Source: Amoebophrya sp. A120 (taxonomy: Eukaryota > Protista > Dinoflagellata). From it: 64,000 nt of DNA. Shown piece after piece: positions 46,635 through 58,637 of the stretch. Below the pieces are notes generated by a model. The model was not told where the DNA came from, ran no database searches, and saw only the letters and a list, made by a program, of their open reading frames with translations. Location of the stretch: contig CAJINV010000003.1 in NCBI GenBank assembly GCA_905178155.1, forward strand, positions 579,091 through 643,090. Reading direction: 5' to 3'. Numbering within the stretch: the stretch's first letter is position 1; every line of letters begins with the position of its first letter. Both the position numbers and the translations under genes were made by a program.

Positions 46635-48215
46635 AGCTGCCACGACTGTTGTCAGCATCCAGAAATAAAGATGCCTTCGGAAAACCGGAAAGAAAGTGAT
46701 CTAGTAGAAAACCGCTAGTCCCACTGAGTAAAAATCGCTCGGACAACGGCTGTCCGAGCGATTTTTCTTCATAGGAATTAGGAATTTTCATCTGGTCACT
46801 GTGGAGCGAGGTTTTTTCATGCCTCACCCGGCTAGGAGGAGTCGTAGAAAGACCATTGCTCGCACTGTTTTCGCGACCACTATTGTAAACTGCAATTTGC
46901 AGCGAATACCTTGCGGTGTATTTAATAAAAGTAAAATTTTGAAATTTCGCGGATTTCGTACTTCAATAAAAATTTGAAATTTCAAAATTCACAATTACTA
47001 TTTCACTTCATGTTGGTTTCTTAGTTGCGTGTGTTCTCGCGACAGCCGAGAAGACAGCTTGCGAGGCACATGCTCCACCTTGTTCAGGGCTTGGGTGTGG
47101 GGAGGGGTGAAGCTATTTGCGGGAAAGCAAGCGACCCTGTAAAAAATCGCTAATCCCACTGAGTAAAAATCGCTCGGACAACAGTTGTCCGAGCGATTTT
47201 TTCTCATGAGAGTTTAGAGGCTTTCATCTGGCCACTTCGGGTTGAGCTTGCTTCGTGGCTCCGGCTAGGAGGAGTCGGCGGATGGAGCAGTTGTCGTGCT
47301 GTTTTCCGCATCAAAGCATGCCACTGTGGTCAGCATAGAGAAATGAAGATGCCTTGGAAAACCGGAAGCAAAAGAACCTAGTAAAAAACCGCTAGTCCCA
47401 CTGAGTAAAAATCGCTCGGACAACTGTTGTCCGAGCGATTTTTCCTCATGGGGATTAAGATTTTCATATGGTCACTCTGTGGCGTGCCTCGTAACCCCGG
47501 CTGCGAAGAGTCGTCGGTGGGAGCATTGGCGGTGCATCCCACCGGAAGCTGCCTCTGTCAGCATCCAGAAATGCCGACTTGGGCAGCCGGAAGGAAATTG
47601 ACCCAGTAAAAAATCGCTAATCCCCATAAGAAAAAACGGCTCGGACAACAGTTGTCCGAGCGATTTTTCTTTATCGGGATTACGAATTTTCATCTGGTCA
47701 CTTTGGAGCGAGGTTCATGCCTCACGGCTAGGGGGAGTCGTAGGAAAACCATTGCTCGCACTGTTTTCATCGCGACCACTATAAACTCAACTTGCAGCAA
47801 ATATCTTGGGGTGTATTCGATAAAAGTAAAATTTTGAAATTTCGCGGATTTCGTACTTCAATAAAAATAAAAATTTGAAATTTCAATTCCCAATTACCAT
47901 TTCACTTCATGTTGGCCTCCTAGTTGCGTGTGTTGTCGCGACAGCCGAGAAGAAAGCTTGCGAGGCACATGCTCCACCTTGTTCAAGGCTTGGATGTGGG
48001 GAGGGGTGAAGCAATTTGCGGGAATAAAAGCGACCCTGTAAAAAATCGCTAATCCCACTGAGTAAAAATCGCTCGGACAACAGTTGTCCGAGCGATTTTT
48101 TCCCATGAGGATTTAGGGGCTTTCATCTGGCCACTTTCTTCGGGTTGAGCTTGCTTCGTGGCTCCGGCTAGGAGGAGTCGGCGGATGGAGCAGTTGTCGT
48201 GCTGTTTTCCGCATA
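46635..48215. repeat. Higher-order intergenic repeat with five long palindromes
   Basis: ~46640-47320 is repeated at ~47545-48210. Palindrome AAAAATCGCTCGGACAAC-n-GTTGTCCGAGCGATTTTT (perfect or near-perfect) at 46730, 47165, 47407, ~47633, 48064. Confidence 0.92.
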
Positions 48216-48631
48216 GCATGGAAGGTGCTGCTGGTTGTGGAGCTGCAGTGTCATTTTATGGTCGTTCCGGTTGTTGGACAGTCCCCCAGACATAGGGGGT
48301 CGAAGAAGAAGATGATGAAGAATCTGTCCAGGTTTCAAACCTCGAAGGAGCAAGCTGCGTTCCTTTAGTAGAACAAGGAACAAGAAGGTCGCGAGTTCAT
48401 GATTTTTTAACGTGCTTTGCCTTTGTTTTCAGTCTTTCTTTCTGTGGGACAGACTAGATTTTCGTCTTTGTAAGAAAAAGTACAGAATAAAAAGATGACG
48501 AGAGCACACACGACTTTATCTTCTACAATGGAGCAGCCGACGCGACATCGTTGTGTATCAAGAGGTAGGAGGCTCGAAAGGAAACCGAAACAAGACCCGA
48601 AGCACCAGCTGTAGAAGAGTAACACAGCAAA

Positions 48632-49635
48632 ATGTCCACCTCGCTTTTGCGCAACAATTGTACGGAGGACAATCTCCACTGCACCCCGGCTATCCCGAAC
48701 ATCATCACCAACCCCGCGGACATACCGACCGGGGGAAAAGGGAACAAGCATCCCATCCGGAACCCGCTTTTCGCGAAGGACGCTTGGATATGACGGTGCA
48801 CAACTCCCCCTCCCCCTCATTTGTCATGCAAAATACCCAATCCACCCTTTGTTTGCCTCTTGGCACTGTGTGCATGACAAGTTCTGGCACTAGCCCAAAT
48901 AGCACTATACTCCAGTGCAAATCTGTCATGCAAAACCGGCATTCTTGCTGATGCTTGTATTGCCGTTCATGCTATACAAATGAGGTGGAGGAGGGGTTGT
49001 GCACTGTCATATTGGAACGAGCGCGAGTGGCACTCCATGCGGAAAGCCTTGAATGCCGTATGACAGCCTCAGGTTGGAAATCCTCAAAGTGGAAATAATT
49101 TGTAATGCAAAAAAACGACTCCAGTTGAAGCGCCATTTGTGGTCGGCGCATGACAAATTTCCTGGGCCCTTAAAGCATGTCTGTCATGCAGGTTAAGGCA
49201 AAGGGGTGCCCTTTTCTCGTGCTAAGCAACACTCCAATTCTTCACCCCTAGCAGGACAATATCAATAGTCGGTCTCCATCGTGTCCTCCGCAATACAGTC
49301 TTTTTTGCTTTTTATTTCATGCATCACAAATTATTTCCACTTTGAGGATTTCCAACCTGAGGACTTCATACGCCGCACGGATCGCCGACAACGCCGTACG
49401 GGAGGCGTACCGATACGCGCAGTGGTCGAGGGATCGTTCAGGCATGGTCAAGCAGTACGCGAGAAAGGCGCTGGAAACCTTCGACCAGGAGTTCGGCCCA
49501 CCAGAGCGCGAAATGTTAACAGGAAGTGCAGCGTCGTCTTTGCAAACGTTCGGACAGGCTGCCCCGCTTCAGGTGCATTCCAACGTAATGCCGGAATTTC
49601 AAACTGCCGGAATAAGAACTGCGCATTGGTTTTGA
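48632..49635 (+). CDS. Hypothetical protein (~152 aa), 3 exons separated by two introners
   Basis: Exons 48632-48788, 49017-49058, 49376-49635 (459 nt) read MSTSLLRNN...AKDAW|NEREWHSMRKALNA|ARIADNAVREAYRYAQW...AHWF*. Start uncertain. Confidence 0.65.
48789..49011. mobile_element. Introner/MITE, family D, 223 bp, TSD TTGGA
   Basis: Closely similar along its length to 40076-40301, with a different TSD. Confidence 0.93.
49059..49370. mobile_element. Introner/MITE, family C-related (apparently reverse orientation), 312 bp, TSD TGCCG/CGCCG
   Basis: About 50-bp TIR TATGA...CCTCAGGTTGGAAATCCTCAAAGTGGAAATAATTTGTnATGCA. Confidence 0.9.
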
Positions 49636-50321
49636 TGATTGAAATTGAAACACTTATATCGTGTTGGACGAACTGGAACCTTGATCGCCCTTTCACGTGT
49701 CTTGGAAGCCAGTTGAGAAAATGATTTGGTTTTATTTGCAGATCTTTTTCGATGATTTTGTTGCCTCGCGATTTTGCGATGGTCATGAATGATGTGTTTC
49801 AGATGCCAGCATGAGGGACGCTGTAGCTATGTGTCCGGGGTAGGCAATGTGTGGAATTGTACGAACAAATCGGAAGGATGCACTTGTTTTGTTCTTTTAA
49901 AGGAGATGAAATAAACGGCTCATGCTCATCTGATGCTGATTTTCGATTCAGACAGCGTCAGCTTGCTTCGTTCTTCGTAGTTGCCCAAGGTTCTAGTTGG
50001 ACCAGAAACTTCCACAGCGATTGCAACCCCTTCGACCCCTGGATGCTGCAACGAATAGCAATAAAATCTTTCGCTTGTGGTCTCTCTATTAGGGCAGAGC
50101 AGAAAATGAATCGTACCTACTGGGTTTCTTGCACCTTTTGATGCGGTCGTGGCTCCGGGCACATTCTTGTGTAGAAGAAGTCGGTTTGTTTTTTTCTGTT
50201 ATCCATATTCGCATTTTTGATTCTTTGCGTTGATTTGCTCCTGCTCGATTGGAGATTGGAGCTTCTGACATAAGTACCGAAAACGAGCTTGTGTCTGCCT
50301 GCCAGCGAGATATAAAGCAGC

Positions 50322-53300
50322 ATGGCGGGAAACTATCCCTTGGTTCACTTTTTCTCTCTTCAGAACGGCTCCGGTGATGATGCTTCGTTGCTCACCGCTG
50401 CTCGCCTCAGTTCTTCTGTTGTTTACGATCCGCCAGGAGCGGAGGCCGCTGCGGGCCGGAATATAGCAGGCAGTGCGAATGAAGGTACAATACGCGGAGT
50501 AGGAGGGCCGCGACATCGTGGAGCTTCTAGTAGCTCTGACTCCCTCGTGGAGAGGAAAATTGCGTCGAAAAGCCCGGGGTTCGAACCATCAACGCCGGCG
50601 CCGTTCACTCCCGCGTCGCGATTAGAGGAACATGCTCAGGTGGGTGCAGCAGCGGCAGCAGCGAGTGATTCAACCGCAACGTCATCGAAAAAAAACTCTC
50701 CTCCGGGGCGAAATGAAGAGCGTGTACTTCTGCCGCCGCCAGAGGTGGACCAACTGGTGGCTAAGGCAACAGATAAAAATCCACATTTGGAACATCATGT
50801 TGCTGATGAAGACGATGAAGATGCTGAGCCGCCTGCGCTTGGCTCCGGCAACATCCACGACATCCCCGGTGATGTCGCGCAGAGACAAGACTTCAAGGAG
50901 CGAGCGCTTTTGGCGGCCGAGACTGCGTTTTTCGACAACTGCTTCGACGGGACCGCGGGCGCGCTGAAGCGAGTGATTGGCCAAGAGCTCGGCTACCCTC
51001 CGTCGGTCATCCAGCTGCGTGTCATACCAAAAGAGGATGAGAGTTTCTTGCTGGGCGGGTCCAACAATCAACATGACGATGATGGTGATACTAGCTTCCT
51101 TTTACCCCCAGATGAAGAAGTTCCGGACTTCGACGAGGACGTCTCGCCCGCCGTTTCCAGGCAGGTGACGGAGAACAACGCAGCACACCTGGGCAGCAGC
51201 TCTGTCGTGGTGGAAAACAACGCGAGCGCGCTCGACCAAATTGAAGGGGTGACCTTCTGTGACGTTTATTGCACCGTCCCGTCATTACCGCGGACGATCG
51301 CAGACCAAGCCAAGTGCGACAGGCTGCAATCTGAAGTCATCAGAAAGATCCTTTTGGCGGTACAGGGTGTCGTGGAGAATGAGGAGAAGAGGGAGACTTC
51401 TAAAATAAATGCCAACGATCATATTAACGGAACAACAAGAGGAGATGCTCAACCTGATGATCCCGATGTCGCAAGAACATCTTCAACAGGAGAAACAGTA
51501 CGACTCCTACCGCGCACTGCTTCCACACCTTCATCCGCTGCGGCACCAGCCGGTGACGATGAACAACCCACACTGGACAGCATCGTTGTGGACTTGAAGG
51601 TGAAAATCCGTGTGTGGACGTGCACGTTTCAGTACGGGATCGTGTCGCCCGCCCACTTTACCGGTCCATTGCAGGAACTCCAGGACATCGAGCGCCTGGG
51701 GCCGGTGGTCTGCGAAGAGTGGGTCGCCCTGGCCCACTACCGTGACCATAAGGATTTCGAGTCGAGCTTCTTCAACTTTCTGTGCCTCAAGTACTTTCGC
51801 GATCTGGCCCTCGCGTTGGTACGACACCCGAAAACGGACCCCGCGCTGTTGACGTTCGATTTGGCGCAGCTCCCCGCTTTCGAAAAGTTGGTCGTCGATC
51901 TGAATGACGAGATCTACTTCGGTACCTTGAAGAACTACTGTCCGGAGTTTGTGAGCAGTCCGCTGGGTGCTGCCTACCTGTGCGGCAGCGACGAGTTGGT
52001 CTTAGAGTTGCTGGCGAAAAAGCAATGCGACTACTGTACGCCCGACGCAAACAGCGCCAACGCGGCGAATGAAGAACTGGTGGCGACACGGTTGCGAACA
52101 CTGCTGATACAGTTCAAACGCTTACTGATCGAAATTCAAGCAAGGTATGACTTCGAGCAGCTGCAGAAAGAGCGGCTTGCAGTTGCGAGCAGCCCCCTGT
52201 CTCGCACGTCGAGCGCACCGGGAGCAGAACGTCAGGACGTCGACAAGTTGTCATCAATAAATCACGGAACAACAACAGATAAAAATGCAACTGGAATTCC
52301 TGCGGGTGCGGTCTTGAGCAAGGCACGACGCACATCCTCTGTGCCAGCATCGTCCTCCTCTGCAGGAGCTTCTACGGGCAGCAGCCCCGGTCGTCGCAGA
52401 GAAGCGTTGCAAGCAATGGCTTTAACAAGCACTGCCGGTGCAGCTGCAGCAGCAGCCGTCAATTACGACGGCACAGAAGTTGTAGACCACCCACCGTCTG
52501 CTTCGTACGGATTTGTCCACGACGATTTGCGGTCCGCGGAGGACGTGCTCTACCCAGAGCGCGCGTCGGGAATTGTCATTTTGAAGCAGGACACCGTGAT
52601 CCAGCAGTTCGTTCGCGAAGTCGGCGTGCCCGTGCTCTTTCACGACGCCGCACTTCTGGAACTTCAGACCGCCTGGGTGCACCGGGAAATCATGCCCGGA
52701 GACTTTTTAGAAGCAGGAAAAACAGTTACTGGCGGGAAAAATGGGGACGTAAAAACTACGTCAGGAGACAATGAATCTGTCTTCGCGAAGGCCTGCGAAG
52801 CTACTACAAACGGGTTGAACAACCAATTACGGACCGTCAATGCGTCACTCGCCACCAAGCGGTTCGGCGAAGCTCCGGGTAGTTGTTCGGAGTGGTTTAC
52901 CGAGAATTTTCTCGGGGATCCAAGGGCCTCGTCCGAGTACGTGATCGGCTCCGACGTGGTAAACAGCACGGACACGCTGGCGGACCCGTTCACCGACCGC
53001 AGTTTCTACACGGATTCCAAGGAGTGCTCCATGCTGGAAATGGCCATGAGCGAGCTCCGAGTGAATGTTGTCTTGGCGCTGCTGGTATGGATTGCAAATG
53101 TGTCTGGGTCTGGAAGATTGCAACTTGTCATGCTAAATCCGAATCATGCAAAAAGAAAAATCTGTGTTGCATGAGTGCCAAAAGCTATCCACTTTCGACC
53201 AAGTTGGGAGGGAGTTTCTCACGCAGGATAGGCATGACAGAGACCTCACAGAGTCTTTCATACTAGGTCCCGCATTCCAAACCGCAGGGGTCAGGGAAAT

Positions 53301-55102
53301 CCTGCATGACAAGTTTACAGTCTTCCAGACCCAGACATATTTGCAGTTGATAGCTGGCCCGGCCGGACCTGAACTCCGCGCTGATTACCAGCTCCGTGTT
53401 ATCAAATGCAAATACGTCTGGGTCTGGAAGAATGCAACTTGTGATGCTGCATTTGGATTCCAAGAAAATCTGTATTGCATGAGTAGCAAAGGGAGCGCGT
53501 TTTTTGCTACGCCCAGAGGGCATTTGTCATGCGGAATAGGCATCAAGAAGCCCTCAAAAAATCTGTGATGCTAGGGCGTGCATCACGGACATCATGGCTC
53601 ATGCAAAACGTGCGTGACAAGTCTCAGAATGTTTCAGACCCAGACAGATTTGCATTTGATAAGTGTACGAGAAGGCACTTTCCTACGCCTTAGATCGCGG
53701 CTTCGGGATTCAATCGCGGTCCTCCTTCAGTTACAACGCAGCTGCGCGACGGGAAAACGCCGACGGTCTGGACGCCCGAAGCGACACGCGCGTAGCCGCC
53801 AGCGCCGTTCTGAACCTCTTCCCACCACGGGGGTTCGATCTCTGGCAGAGCATTTGTGCGTTATTTCAGATGAAAATCAGGGAAGCGACGATGCGTGTCA
53901 CCACTGTCACAGAGGACGTCCTCGAGACGGGGCAGTGGTGCGACGAGGTCGTGGGTACAAGGACTTCTACCGGTGGCGCCGCGAATGGCAAGAGCAATGC
54001 TCGTTTTGGGCATGATCAACAAGAAGAAGACGAAGCAGTTGAAGTAGAAGTTGCATCTTCATCACCAGTAAAAAGAACAGGTGAAGAACGCAAAATAAAT
54101 GCAGCAGCTGCGGCCGGCGCCGACGCAGATGACTCTCCAACTACTGAACGCCAAACATCCACCACACGACGCCCAGGAGCAAGTAGGAGATTTTTACATA
54201 AGCGGGTCCACAAGTGGTACCAGTTTGAACTGAAATCGATCGAGGCGGAGTCGCGCTCCGTGGCAAAGTACGACGAAGAAGTGCTTACGGCAATCGAGAC
54301 CTACATGGGCATGGGGATTTACTCGGACACCTACAACACTTCTTGCCTGGACCGCCGGGTGTTTACCGACGCCGCGTTGCGCTGCTTGAAACAGGAGTAC
54401 TACAAGTGGAAGCGGGAACAGCGGCCGAAACACATTCTCGGCCTGCACTGTATGGAAGCGTCAGGTTTGAAATCGACAAAATTATTGAAACTGTCATGCA
54501 TAAGATGCAAGGCATGAAGTGCCTGTCTTGCCGGGATGGCAAGCAAGGCCGATTGTGAGCCTGTTTAGGGTTTGAGATAGAGCTGTTAAAGTAGCATGAC
54601 AAAAGCAGTCTTCTGTGCCCAAACAGCATGACAAATTGGATTCCGGTGCTCGGAAAATTTGTCATGCGCCCCCTGATAAGTGGGCTTTCGACTGGTATCG
54701 GTTTTATGCATGGCAAACTATCTCAACTTTGACGATGTCGATTCTGACACTCCCATACACTGCTGCGGCGTGCAGTGGAAGAACCTGCGCTGTGAACTCG
54801 TCGAGAGGCAAGTAGTTTCGACGGTAGTTGCCGCGCCGGTTGAGCATATGCATTGCAAAAGTATCGTACTAGTATGAATTGCATTACAAATTCACTTAGC
54901 ATTACAAATTGAATTTGTAATGCGGATCTGCCTCGATAAAAAGATTTGTAGATGCATAAACGCAATTAGTACGAGTGCGATACTTTTGCACAGGAAAGAG
55001 CAGGCGGGTGGACAGAAGAAGAAGCAGCAAGCGGAGTCGCTGGCGCAGCAGCGGAAATACCAGACGGAGCTGCGAGACGTCATGGAGGGCTACTGGGGCT
55101 GA
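50322..55102 (+). CDS. Hypothetical protein (~1,257 aa), 5 exons separated by four introners
   Basis: Exons 50322-53085, 53358-53399, 53667-54450, 54763-54846, 55003-55102 (3774 nt) form one open frame. No domain recognised. Confidence 0.75.
53086..53352. mobile_element. Introner/MITE, family B, 267 bp, TSD GCTGG
   Basis: TIR TAT..A.TGCAAAT.TGTCTGGGTCTGGAAGA. Reverse-complement relative of 56761-57022. Confidence 0.92.
53400..53661. mobile_element. Introner/MITE, family B, 262 bp, TSD CGTGT/AGTGT
   Basis: TIR TATCAAATGCAAAT..GTCTGGGTCTG. Removal gives TSSV|YEKAL. Confidence 0.92.
54451..54757. mobile_element. Introner/MITE, family C, 307 bp, TSD CACTG
   Basis: TATGG...CCATA termini; internal homology to 43316-43626. 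Removal gives LHC|CGVQW. Confidence 0.92.
54847..54997. mobile_element. Introner/MITE, family A, 151 bp, TSD GAGCA (right end AAA instead of ATA)
   Basis: Family A termini. Removal gives PVE|QAGGQKK. Confidence 0.9.
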
Positions 55103-55682
55103 GGAATCTTGAATCTTCAGAACTTGTGATGTGGTACCCGAACCCGGTTTGTGTATGTGCATGGCGAGACTTATCTCTGCGAGCGCGCTTCCACCAGAAC
55201 AAAACGAAATAAAAGTGAAAGCTCTTTGTTCTTCAGGTTGACAACTGTTGTTGTTGAGTTCATGAGCACGGAGATTTTTGCAATCATTCTTTTTTGGCTT
55301 CGAATTTGAAAAAGGAGAAACACCTTTGCCGCGATGACGGCACATCATGCACTCGTAATTTTTCGTTGCCCATTGTTCCCTCCGCATCCGCTCTAAAATA
55401 AATAGTTTGATTCCTGCTACCAGCACCGGAATGTTGTACTAACTGCCAGTTACAAGAGCTCTCTGTTGTTACCAACGATGTGCCGTTCTGAGGCTTTGCA
55501 TTTTGAAGATCCAAAACTTGTTCTCGCGACACTACATAGGGTGTATAGCAGCTAAGGTCGTCAACGCCAAACGGCGAAGGTGAAGAGAATGATGATGAAA
55601 CCGCGGTTTCTTCGCAGAGAATAAAGATCCTGATACACGCGGCGCGACCTCGCGGCACTGATACTGAAGAAGATCATTAGAT

Positions 55683-57805
55683 ATGATGCGCTTCGACGAC
55701 TTTTTTGTCGTTGCGCTGCTCTTCCATAGTCGGTCTTTTACTTTTTGCCCGCCGTGCCATGCATTCGATCCTCTACTCGACGGGAAAATCAAAACTGCCG
55801 CCACACCAAGTCAAAAGGCACCGACACCCGCAACCGCGATAGGAGCCGGGACCGATGCTGCTGGGACTTCTGTCCCAGCAGCTGCATCTTCCGGCAGAAT
55901 AGACAGGGACGAAGGCCGCGAGAGGGACGATCCATATCCGGATGATGGAAAACCGACCCCGCACCGCAAGCGACGCATCAACAGGACGGCAGTGGCCCAA
56001 CAAGGCGCTACTTCTACTGGGGTAACATCAACCGCGGTTGCCTCCGATGGTACGATGGAGAGAAGTACTGGTACTGGTACTGGTGCTGTTGACATCAATG
56101 CGACATCGTCAGCTTCTGGTACTATCGCGCCGAACTCTGGTATAGTGTCCGAAAGCAAGCGAAAGGTTTTGTCCTCGCAAGACCCCGACCTGACACGCAA
56201 GGTGATTGAGGGGATTGGCCCGGAGAACTCGTTGTACCACGTTCAGCCGATCTATTACGAAAGGGACGACCACCTGGACGGCTGGACGTTCCCGGACTTT
56301 GCCACCATTCATCGCAAGCTGTACGGCGTAAGCCACAAGGAGAAACACGTCGTGGTGGAGTACTCGAACCCGTACAACATGTCTCCGACCTTTGGGAAGT
56401 TTCCGCACAGCAACCTGCAGCCGGATTTCTTCATCAGCAAGATCCTGGACCGGCTGCACCCCAGGGAGCCCAAATTCATTGTTGAGGTGAATGTGAAACA
56501 AAAAATAATTTATCCTGTTGTTCCCATGTCAATGAATCTTAATCTATGCGTGAAATCCGCATCTACAAGCAAAAAAATCGAACTGTTCTACTTCCTCTCT
56601 TGCGGATATTTTACACAAAACCTCGCTTCTCCTGCTCAGGTTGGTTCTTTCCAGGGCCACAGTGCTGTTTTGATGGGGTCGATCTTGGATGCGATCGGGC
56701 TCGCGGAGGTGCCCATTCTGTGTATCGACCCGTGGACGGGAGACCTAAATACGTGGGCCATATCAAATGCAAAAATGTCTGGGTCTGGAAGAGTGCGCGA
56801 CTTGTCATGCTCCTTTTCCATGACCCATGAGGACTGGAATGCAGGATCTAGCATGACAGATTCTGCGAGACCTTTCTCATGCCTATCCTGCATGAGAAAC
56901 TCCCTCTCGACTTGGTCAAAACTGGACGACTTTTGGTAATCATGCAACACAGATTTTTACATGCTGCAGATTTAGCATGACAAGTTGCAATCTTCCAGAC
57001 CCAGACACTTTTACATTTGATAGGCCAACAAGGACCACGATGTGGAGGTGCAGCACTGGATGTCTCCCGTCCGGGACGGGCGGTTTCTATGCACTGCAAA
57101 AGTATCGTACTCGTATGAATGCATTACAAATTTCCTCAGCATGAGAAATGAAATTTGTAATGCGGATTGATCTTAAGAAAAGGATTAGTAATGCAAGACT
57201 TGCATTATTTTTATACGAATGCGATACTTTTGCACAGGATAGTTTCTCCTGTTCGACCATTTTATGACGAACGTGCAGTTCAAGATCTCCCGCCACCTCT
57301 CCCCGCTGCACATCCTGCCCTTCCACGCCACGAGCATGGTCGGCGGGCGGTTCCTGAAGGCGATGAAGTGGCACCCGGACGTGATCTTCCTCGACAGCAG
57401 TCACGAGGCGCACGAGACCTTACTCGAGCTAAAATTGTACTACGAGGTGCTGGCGCCGGGCGGCATTTTGTTCGGGGACGATTTCAGTTGGCCGGGGGTG
57501 AAGAACGACGTGCTCACCTTCGTCGCGGAGATGGGCTGGGGGCGCGATCCGGAGCGCATATTCGACTTCGAAATTCTGCCCGCAACCACCTCCTCCGGCG
57601 GCTCGGTTTATCCTGTGCAAAAGTATCGTACTCGTAGTAATTGCAGGCATGCATTACAAATGCAAATCTCGTTCCCAAGGCAAATCAGCATGACAAATTG
57701 CATTTGTCATGCTGAGGGAATTTGTCATGCAATTTATACTAGTACGATACTTTTGCAGTTCATACAGTTCTGCTCTGGTTGATACACAAAGCCAAATACG
57801 TGTAG
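55683..57805 (+). CDS. Class I SAM-dependent methyltransferase (Methyltransf_24-like, ~460 aa), possible N-terminal signal or anchor
   Basis: FIVEVGSFQGHSA, ILCIDPWTGD, DVIFLDSSHEAHET, LAPGGILFGDDFSWPGV. Exons 55683-56486, 56640-56760, 57028-57087, 57247-57608, 57770-57805 (1383 nt). One GT-AG intron (56487-56639) and three introners. Confidence 0.85.
56761..57022. mobile_element. Introner/MITE, family B, reverse orientation, 262 bp, TSD GGCCA
   Basis: Internal sequence is the reverse complement of 53086-53352. Removal gives NTWA|NKDHD. Confidence 0.92.
57088..57241. mobile_element. Introner/MITE, family A, 154 bp, TSD GTTTC
   Basis: Family A termini. Removal gives DGRF|LLFDHFMTNV. Confidence 0.92.
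57609..57764. mobile_element. Introner/MITE, family A, reverse orientation, 156 bp, TSD CGGTT/CAGTT
   Basis: Begins TATCCTGTGCAAAAGTATCGTACT, the reverse complement of the right end of the other family A copies. Confidence 0.9.
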
Positions 57806-58637
57806 GTCGTGTAGTTGTGGTCTGCGTTCGACGCGCTGTTCTTCATCTCCTTTGCTCGCCTTTTTTGCAGCGAGATTGCCTGTTCCATCAGATCGGTGAC
57901 GGGCGGAGTCCCGTTTCTTTCTAGGTCATCGAAGTCTCCGCATGCCGTTGCAGTAGCCTTGTCCACTTATCGCTTCGGCGGGGCTTTCTAGTCGCGAACT
58001 AAACTCTTTGATTTGATAGAATTAGCACAAATCGAGCTACATTGCTTCTCGAATGATGGTAGACCACAACATGCCTGCTTGATGCGTTGTTGATCACAGG
58101 CGCTGAATGTTCTGGTTTTCTGTGCGACGACTGCTAGTATAGAGGGTATGTTGAGGGATGATTTTTTTATTTTGATTTTGAAGACGGGGACGAGCGATTA
58201 TTTATATTTAATACTCGGATACAACTCCACGACGTCGGCCTTAAGACGATATAGATTGTGGATTTGCTTTTATGGTGGTTACGCTTGCGAAACAGAGCGG
58301 CGGGCCGCGATCTTCTTCGATTGCAAGGTCATCAACATGACCACAGATCGATGTTGACATTTTTACTGCACCAGTCGCTTTGCTGTGGTAGGCACAAATG
58401 GATAAATAATGAAATTTCCAAAGCTGTCGAAGTGTGGCTCATAGAAATTGTCAAATGTGATCACGATCACGATCATGTGTAACAATACCGATCTCCAAGA
58501 TGAAGATTTCATCTTCTGTGTAACAATATTGTAAATTATCGCTCCCTCGTCGGGCTACGTGTTTCACGTGCAGTGCGGAAAGTCCGTTTTACCGTCTTCG
58601 GGAGCGCAGTGGAGGCCTACGACTACGCAGCACGACC

